DNA of 64,000 nt from Mytilus edulis (Eukaryota), in NCBI RefSeq assembly GCF_963676685.1, contig NC_092350.1, positions 18,600,001 through 18,664,000 on the forward strand, read 5' to 3'. Each line of letters begins with the position of its first letter. Within the stretch, counting starts at the first letter, position 1. The position numbers and the translations under genes are program-made. Shown here piece by piece: positions 55,881 through 64,000 of the stretch. The notes beneath the pieces are model-generated. The model was given only the letters and a program-made list of their open reading frames with translations, made no database searches and was not told where the DNA came from.

Positions 55881-56299
55881 TCAACGTGTATACCACGTTT
55901 ACAAGATAATACGTAGGAGGGTAGGGGGGATTAAAAAACATGTCCGTTAATTTTTTCCCCCACCGGATTTTAACCAGGATGTTAAGTACAAGTTAAGAAG
56001 ATTAAGAGATTAATCCACTTCAGTTAAGAGGATTATAACCAGGATGTTAAGTACAAGTTAAGAAGATTAAGAGATTAATCCACTTCAGTTAAGAGGATTA
56101 TAACCCGGATGTTAAGTAGCAGTTAAGAGGATTAAGAGATTAATCCACTTCAGTTAAGAGGATTATAACCAGGATGTTAAGTACCAGTTAAGGGGATTAA
56201 GAGATTATAGACCGGATACTACGTCATAGTTAAAAGGCTTAGCTGTGACGTGACTTCCGGTGGGGTTTTGGTGGGGGACTGACCCCATTTCATACTACT
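55881..56299 (-). repeat. Polinton right TIR
   Basis: Reverse complement of 43152-43571, with only a few mismatches visible. Confidence 0.97.
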
Positions 56300-56631
56300 A
56301 CTGTGGAGCGCATTAATCCTTATTCTTAAATGAAAACTCATAAGACAAGTAAATTGTGGCTCAAAAATGTCTAAATATATTTCTCTTTCGACAAAAGTTT
56401 CATTTCTGCAAATTTGTTGGTAAGTTAAGTAAAAAACACTATTTTGTGTCAGAGTAGGGCTATTAAATTAAAGGGAGTAATTGGTGGTATGAAACTTTTA
56501 AAATCTGTTTGGAGGTTGTAATTGGTGGTGTGACACCTTTTAAAGTCTCATTTGGTCAACTTGTGGCCGGATGATAAAACATGTAACTTAGTATAAAAAA
56601 ATACCAATTATTTTTGATACAAAATATCGTT

Positions 56632-57171
56632 AAAAATTCGTAAGGGTTCCGCGGAACCCAGTGTCTCGCCTACTCTTTCTGTTAAACGCAAGCTCAATAA
56701 AAATCAGGGAATAATTCAATAAAATATAATAAATGTATAAAAACTTTAATTGCAGACTGAATGTAATGTTAACTGGAAGAAAACAAAATTTCCTTCTAGA
56801 TACTAGCTTTTGGTCATAAACAAGCTTCTGTCAAGTTGGATACAAATCCAAAATAATATAAGAAAGTTATTAAAATTTAAAAAAAAGTTTAACCACAGAG
56901 TGAATGTGTTGTTTCCTGGCAGAAAATCTAAGTCCATTTATAAGTAAAATACGGAATTACAAAATTTACTTCTGGATACTATCTTATGATCATAAACAAG
57001 CTTCTGTCCAAGTTTGGTAGAAATCCAGGACAGTTTAAGAAAGTTATTAAAATTTCAAAAACTTTAACCACAGAGTGAATATTTGTGGACGCCGCCGCCG
57101 ACAACGACGACGACGGAATGTAGGATCGCTTAGTCTCGCTTTTTCGACTAAAGTCGAAAGTTCGACAAAAA
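56632..57171 (-). mobile_element. HINE/pearl-like element with internal ~175-bp tandem repeats
   Basis: Palindrome gggttccgcggaaccc at one end, hairpin ttcgactaaagtcgaa and (GAC/GCC)n microsatellite at the other, repeated aaacaagcttctgtc...tttaaccacagagtgaat core. Confidence 0.65.
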
Positions 57172-57436
57172 TAAACGAAATATTGAAAAGTACATTGAAA
57201 CATGATTGTTATCATTATTTTTGGATTAGACTTTTGTCATTTATTAAGTCATGTGAACACCAAATAATTGGACGGTATTTTTTTTTTCTTATTATAGATT
57301 CATTCATTCAAGGTAGTTCCTCACATATTCAATAAATTATGATCAATTTTCAATGTTTTGTTGGTTTGATATCCTTATGAAGGTAAATCGATGGCTTACT
57401 TATTCCAGACGAACGCTAAGCATGCAGCAGAAGAGG

Positions 57437-57532
57437 TCACTGCCTCATCGATTTTATCTTCTATAAACATCTCAACAACTTTCTCTACAGTTTTGATATT
57501 TACACAATGGCGGTGATTCTCTGCCAAACAAA
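57437..57532 (-). pseudogene. 96-bp copy of TRIM coding sequence from 60114-60209
   Basis: Identical to 60114-60209 except for one visible mismatch (ctataaac versus ctacaaac). Confidence 0.9.
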
Positions 57533-58024
57533 AAAGAGTTTTTATTTAGACAAAAGTTTAAAGAGATAATATTGGCAACATGATCAGTGAGTGAACATGG
57601 GAGCTAAGCAGCAGAAGAGGTCAAAGTCAAATAAAATATTCTACTACGTTCTGCATATATTTTTTTAGAAAAATAAATATTATTAATATTTTAATGAATG
57701 TTGTTTCCCATTGTAAAAGAATAAGGATAGCGTCAGTCATTTCAGCATAAAACAAGAGGCTGTCAATATTAAAAGGCAATATCACCTGTCAGTAGTGAAA
57801 ACATGATCAAACATGTCTTCATGTCCGAAAAACAACATATCAAAATTCTCATAGAATAGGATCAAGCTGTCAAAGTTAACACTCAGAATGTCCACTCAAT
57901 CAACGGTCATAACTATAGAAGTAAAAATTGTCAAAATCGAACTTGTCTTCCACTTTGTCAGAATGTCAGTAACTAGCAATTTCCAGCTGAACGATTCTTA
58001 ATTTATTTCACGGAAACTCCTTAA

Positions 58025-58677
58025 GGTAGCAATAAACAGTTAAGAAAAAATACTAAAATTTGCCCTTATGAATTTTACCATCCCCTTTTCATTGCTTTCT
58101 TGCAATATCAAGCTTACTGTTTGTGTCATATATGGGCATAGGTATGTAATCAGAATCTTCCATAGATTTTATATCCAGTGTATAAAATGGTAAAATATAA
58201 TTTCTTTTTGGTGTATCCATGGCAACAATCTGCATTTATTTGTTATAAAATATTGCAAAAAAGGGGGGGGGGGAGATGTCACATATTTCCCCAAAATTTG
58301 GCTAAAAGTAGAATTTCAATCGCTTGAAGAAATACCTTTTCTGAAATTGTGTACAAATATCATTCAGCAAATCCAAAGTAAATCATATGTCTTTCATCTC
58401 ATTTTTTTGTAACTTCGCGTAGAAAAAGAGTGTTAGTAAACAGTACATTAATTTCTGGACCGATGGCCGGTCTAGCTATGAAAACACGGATTGTCAAAAC
58501 AGAAAACAGCCCATAAAACATGTAAAAAATAATCTTGATGAACTTATAAACCATCTTTGAAGGGTAAATTAGCACTCATCTGTCTAAAAATGAAATTTAT
58601 TACACAATAACTTTCCTATTTTAAAAATCCACAGGGGCCAAAATGCGAAACTAAACTCCTAACTGTGTATTGCTACC
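58025..58677. mobile_element. MITE with TAA target duplication (PIF/Harbinger- or Kolobok-like)
   Basis: TIRs GGTAGCAATAAACAGTTAAGA / TCCTAACTGTGTATTGCTACC, with TAA on both flanks. Confidence 0.75.
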
Positions 58678-59268
58678 TAAACCAGCTTTCCCCGCCGGAC
58701 GAACTACCCCAGATCTATTAACGGATTTGCATTGCGAATAACAAGGTTAAACTGTGGTAACATGATTACAATGTCCAGAGGGGCGCTTACTGAGTGAAAG
58801 GGATGAGTCGCTTATATATGTTACTTTTTCAAGTTTCATGATATATTGGCCGAGAGATTAAGATGAAATATATGACAAAGTCGTTGATAAATCATAAATA
58901 TCTGACTGAACTAATCAGATGTCGAGTTCTCCACAGTTATTAATGCATCAGCTATTTTTCAAATATGTTCATCTTTCAATGAAATACCATCGTAACAAAA
59001 AATTTGTTATTCAAAAAATGTTAAAGGGTGCAGGAAACCAGCGAGAATTTCATGGAATCATGCCCGTTCAATAATTAATGTGCCCTTCTGGCTCTTTTAA
59101 TAACAAATGGAACTTCGAATATGCGTATCTTATGAGTGTTATATCTGCCTATCTTATAAACAAAACAGAAAGGTGGAAAACTAAACTATCTATTTATTTC
59201 AATGAAAAAAGCAAAAACTACACAAAACTAGATCATGTGGCACTTTCAGTATAGTTTCTTTGTATGTT

Positions 59269-60762
59269 TTAATGCACATTTTGATTATTAAACCGTCTCT
59301 TTTCTCTCTTTCCACTTTTCCGTTCTGGTTTTTTGTCTGGTCTTGAATTCGGTTTGACTGAGTCTGAGTGCTCGGTTAAATGTGTTAAATCGTCTTCTAA
59401 AGTATCAGGTTTGCTATCCTCGTCTGCAATTTCTGATTCCATCACGAAAGCATTTGCTTCAATTGCTTCAGTTGATTCATAATCAATACAGCTCGGATTT
59501 ATGCCTGCCTTTAAATTATATTCCGTGTCTCTATTTTCAGATCTGTTTTGCAAAATCCCCTTTGTATCGAACCGCTCGGCAAGTAAATTCAGTTTTTTCA
59601 TGATTTCTGTCTTTGAAAGATCTTTCCACCCTTTAGTTTGCTTTCGATTCAGAATTTCAAACGGAATTTGTTTGTTCTTAATAAAGTTCAACAGTGACTG
59701 GTCTTGCACAAGTTCAAACATGTTGTTATCCGTTTCATCAGTAGCCGTCTCCTCGAACTTTTTTCGCTGAGTGTGTAGCGTTATCTTGATTTTTTGCAGA
59801 GTGAGAAATACTTTTTTAGCATTTCCTTGGTCTTTCACGTTGATAAGAAAGCTTTCGTTCTGCACAATACTTTCATTTAATCCAGAAAATATGTCTATTT
59901 GTTCTTGTATTGGTTTAATTTGAGACAAAAATGTTCTAGAAACATCGGTTTTTATTTCAGACTTCATTTTCTCTAGCTTGTCAATGGCTTCCTTGATGCA
60001 GCGATCAGATTCTGAAATTATTCTTTCTTTTTCAGCACTTATTTTTTCTATCTGTTTCTCTTTCTTTTTTATCAATTTTGTCATTACTCTATTTAAACAA
60101 TTAAGATCTTTGATCACTGCCTCATCGATTTTATCTTCTACAAACATCTCAACAACTTTCTCTACAGTTTTGATATTTACACAATGGCGGTGATTCTCTG
60201 CCAAACAAATAATGCAACACATTTCAGAATGGTCTAAACAAAACACTTCGTAAAACTTGTCCGTATGTTCATCACAAGGTTCATTTATATTATAGTCGGG
60301 TAGTTCGGGAAGTTTCTGACCCTCAGAAATTGTCATGACTTTGTGTGTTCCAGAATCTTTCAGACGGTTGTGGAAACTTTTTAGACATGTACTGCACAGC
60401 AACTCTTGACAGTGCTGACACCAATTCGTTGCTTTCACATCATCTCCAATACGTGCACAAGGATCACAGTTGTAGGTGATTTCCTCCTTCGAATTTGAAT
60501 CCATCATCGAAGAGAAGATACGATGATTGAAAGGTAACTGACTTGCAAAACTTGCAACGGACTTAGAATCTGGAACAGTGACAGACTCTCTGCATACCGG
60601 ACATACAAAAGCAGTTTTATTGTTAATCTTTTTTGCCGTAGTTTCAATATAAGTTTGCAAACACGCTTCACAATATGTGTGCGAACATGGCAAATACCTT
60701 GGTTTCTTAAACTCTTCTAAACATATTGAACAATCAAATAGTGTAGCTGTTTTCCTAGACAT
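59269..60762 (-). CDS. Intronless TRIM E3 ubiquitin ligase (RING, B-box1, B-box2, coiled coil), ~497 aa
   Basis: C3HC4 RING CSIC...LPCSHTYCEAC...CPVCR, LPFN linker, two B-boxes, coiled coil, low-complexity tail with no recognisable C-terminal domain; first in-frame ATG at 60762. Confidence 0.93.
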   Translation of the reverse strand: MSRKTATLFDCSICLEEFKKPRYLPCSHTYCEACLQTYIETTAKKINNKTAFVCPVCRESVTVPDSKSVASFASQLPFNHRIFSSMMDSNSKEEITYNCDPCARIGDDVKATNWCQHCQELLCSTCLKSFHNRLKDSGTHKVMTISEGQKLPELPDYNINEPCDEHTDKFYEVFCLDHSEMCCIICLAENHRHCVNIKTVEKVVEMFVEDKIDEAVIKDLNCLNRVMTKLIKKKEKQIEKISAEKERIISESDRCIKEAIDKLEKMKSEIKTDVSRTFLSQIKPIQEQIDIFSGLNESIVQNESFLINVKDQGNAKKVFLTLQKIKITLHTQRKKFEETATDETDNNMFELVQDQSLLNFIKNKQIPFEILNRKQTKGWKDLSKTEIMKKLNLLAERFDTKGILQNRSENRDTEYNLKAGINPSCIDYESTEAIEANAFVMESEIADEDSKPDTLEDDLTHLTEHSDSVKPNSRPDKKPERKSGKREKRRFNNQNVH

Positions 60763-61015
60763 GTCTGAGCACTGCTTGCACAATCGCCATTACCGAAGTA
60801 CTTTCGCTTTTACAAAATAACTAAGGGAGATTATTCAAATATGTATTTGTACACGTATTGATTAAAACTCATCAACTGTTTAAATTTGTTGTGGAAAATA
60901 TATGGCAAGCTGTTTTAATAGTACATTTATTTTCACTTCAAGATTTAACTCATATAATAGATAAGCTATCTATATAAGATCATATAACTGTGATCTTGGT
61001 TTTATAAGTTATCTT

Positions 61016-61625
61016 ATAAAACTGAGAATGGAAATGGCCGGAAATGTGTCAAACAGACAACAACCCGACCAAAGAGCGGAAAACAGCCGAAGGCCACCAA
61101 TGGGTCTTCAATACAGCGAGAAAATCGCCGCACACGGAGCGGCGTGTTTCAGCTGTCCCCTAAACAAAAATGTGTACTAGTGATAATGGACGTCATACTT
61201 AACTCCGAAATATATAAAAGAAACTTAAATGCTAAAACCATACAAGACTAACAAAGGCTAGAGGCTCCTGAATCAGGACAGGCACAAAAATGCGGGGTTA
61301 AACATGGTTTTTTTTAGATCTCAACCCTCCTTCTATAAGTCTAGCCAATGTTGAAAAAATAAACACACAACATTACGCATTAATATATAGTAAATCTCAG
61401 TTTAAAAGGAGTCCGAGTCCGATGGCAGAATAGGTATACAAAATTATGTTTTCATAATTTGAATATCAAGCATAATCCCTCCCGCTAGGGGTTTATTACC
61501 ATACCATCATAAAATATATGAGAAAAACATAACACATATCATGCCAACAACTAGTTTTTAGAATAAATGTGTTTGTTTCCGATGCAAAGATCCTATAAGT
61601 GAATCCATAGTAGATCCAAAATTTG
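61016..61625 (-). mobile_element. Diverged inverse copy of the 730-bp repeat found in the satellite
   Basis: ataaaactgagaatggaaatgg..aatgtgtcaaa...catacaagactaacaaaggc.agaggctcctga...ttccgatgcaaaga.cctat is the reverse complement of 32460-33147. Confidence 0.8.
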
Positions 61626-64000
61626 TCATCTTTTGAGGTTAATGCCGACATTTTTGTGCTTTGTAAAGAATATGACCATACAAGATTGGATGTGAAATAC
61701 CTGAACGTATAAATAAGATGTCTGCATGTTGATTAATATATATACGAATGATGTCCTTGTATCAATGATTCAATTTAGTTAATGTTTGACTAGTTTCACG
61801 GTGATATCGAAACCCCTGGTGTAAATATTTTTCAGTAATAGATTTTTTTTGCTAAAATCGAATAATCACTTTTATATAAATCGTACGGGGACAAACGTAC
61901 TTTTTGACGTCCCCCCCCCCCCCCCCCCCCCTTGGCATTTTGACCAGTCTCCCTCCCAGATAAAAAATGATAGGTCCCTTATAAAATCCCCAGAATTCGC
62001 ACGCGTAAGATAATACACTACCTAATTACACATCAAATCATATCTTCCGCCGTATTGTACATTCTTCTGATGTCGACTTGTATTACATACTATTGTTTCT
62101 GTGAATAGAAATAGCTGTAAAAAAAACCCAAAGAGATGTATTCGAATTAAAAAAAACTGTTATTTCCAATAATTCCGTCCCATAATAAAATGCGGTAAAA
62201 CACTTGTTTTTTTTTTTAGTTATTATTATTACAAATAAAAGAGATATATATGCAATTACTATCATTGCGACAGCAACCTAACGGTACAAAAAATATATAT
62301 AAAACTCATCTGAATAGAAAAATAGACGAGACAACATGTCAAGCACCAAAAATCGAATCTAAAATGTTGAGAATTTATCCGAGACTATATTTAAGATCTG
62401 ATATATATATATATGAGCACCAAATTCTCTTATTGGCAGCAGGTACTTGAGGACAGGACTATTTTGATTTGCCGTACCCCTTTTTACCTTTTAATTTTAA
62501 ATATTTTCAAGTTTTCTTTGTTAGTCTTACATAGATAATATATACTAGAAATCATATGTGTTTACTATATTAACTATATCAATTGCTAGTGTTAAAACTG
62601 TCCAAAGGGAGCACTGATAATATACATACTTAAAATTGAGAATGGAAATAGGGAATATGTCAGAGACAAAAACCCGATCAAACAGCCGAAGGCCACTTGC
62701 ATGCATATACTAGAAAAAAAATTGTTGCCCAAAAGCAATAACTAATATGAAATATATCTTTTAATAAATGTAGGCATGAGATTGCTGACATTGTTTTACC
62801 TCACATATTTCTTTTTACAAGCGGTGTAGTCTTGGCGGCCTGTTAAAAAAACCTAGTAGTTTCAAGGTATGCACTCTTCCAAGATCTTACTTATATCAGC
62901 CTTTGTTATAAACATAAAAAAAAATTGACAATAAATGTAGGTACGAGGGGGCTTACAATGTAATGTTCAATATAAAGTTAATTCAAAGATGCATGACTGC
63001 GTTGATTTTTGAACTCACCAAAGATGTTGCAGATATAAATTAAGCCTATGATATAAATTTAATAAAAATCCTACCAGAAATGTAGGTGTGACAGCTTTAC
63101 AATGCAATTTTCTATATAATTAATATCTCCATGATGCAGAACTCTTTTGGAAAAAAATGATCGGCACTAGTTTTGGAACTATTCAAGACATTACCCATAT
63201 TATAACCTTTGATATAGATTTCATAAATATTTTGCAACATTCACAGGCACTTGTCTCAGAAAAAAAAGTGTTATATTAAGGTATATAGGGGAAACAATTC
63301 TGAGACAAGTACCTGTGGGGAAATAAAATTTTGAATAAAATTTACATTTCCAAGGAACATTACTCTTAAAAATAACCAATGCTGAAAACGTGCGGGGACA
63401 ATACAATTTGTTTACTATCAATTTCTAGTTTACTATCCACAGAGGAATCACTATAAATCATTGAAAAACAACATTGAGTTTACACCAAGAAGGTTTTCGA
63501 TAAATTCGTCTTGGCTTGTGTAATGGTTAAAGAATGCGCAATCTTACAACCCCTCACACCCGAAACATTGATAAGACGTCCCTTAAAGATACATATACAA
63601 AAATGTATAAAGATGACTATATTTTTTAATATCTTATTTTGAAAGAGGAATAATAAATATCATGAATTTTGATTACATTAAAAAAATCAATCTAACATAA
63701 AGTTTAAAACAATCCTTGATATATAAACGTTTGTTTACCTAACATACTAAAGAAAAATACATTCTCCTTCTAAACATTCCAAAATTATTACATCTTAATT
63801 GCACATCGTTTGAGAACGCAAGGTAAACAGTTGATCATTCTGTTATTTTTAGTATCTCCCTACTACATTTGGATCTGAGTTTCTGATAATAATTCTCTCA
63901 TCTTCTACCACTAATTAAACAAAAAGCAAACGTGCGTGTTTGTGAAACACTTGCAGAAATCACGTTCAACTAACCGGATGCAGAAAGCAGACGATAGTTT

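Larger units (their letters stand above)
43152..56299. mobile_element. Polinton/Maverick (adintovirus-like) endogenous DNA virus, 13,148 bp, apparently intact
   Basis: Termini AGTAGT...ACTACT, perfect 6-bp TSD ACTGTG (43146-43151 and 56300-56305), ~420-bp near-identical TIRs, uninterrupted pPolB, integrase, ATPase and capsid ORFs. Confidence 0.98.

Overview
AT-rich eukaryotic genomic DNA from an invertebrate, probably a bivalve such as Mytilus (inferred from repeat families and gene style, not proven). There are four main blocks. (1) 614-13624: an 11-exon host gene that I assembled by hand from GT-AG sites. It encodes a 366-aa BAR-type coiled-coil protein whose N-terminal ~260 aa resemble fungal eisosome proteins Pil1/Lsp1. 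The tail carries SPxK repeats, PPPY and YPxL motifs. Several MITEs sit in the introns. (2) 19578-38101: an 18.5-kb foldback-like element with a 9-bp target duplication (8/9 match). Its multi-kb inverted arms consist mostly of a 177-181-bp satellite with higher-order repeats, and its loop holds decayed Tc1 transposases. (3) 43152-56299: an apparently intact 13.1-kb Polinton/Maverick (adintovirus-like) endogenous virus. It has a 6-bp TSD, ~420-bp TIRs, pPolB, integrase, packaging ATPase, and major and minor capsid genes, but no recognisable adenain protease gene. (4) Two intronless TRIM paralogs flank the Polinton: one is complete, and in the other only the RING region has decayed. All protein family assignments come from motif recognition by eye; no database search was run.
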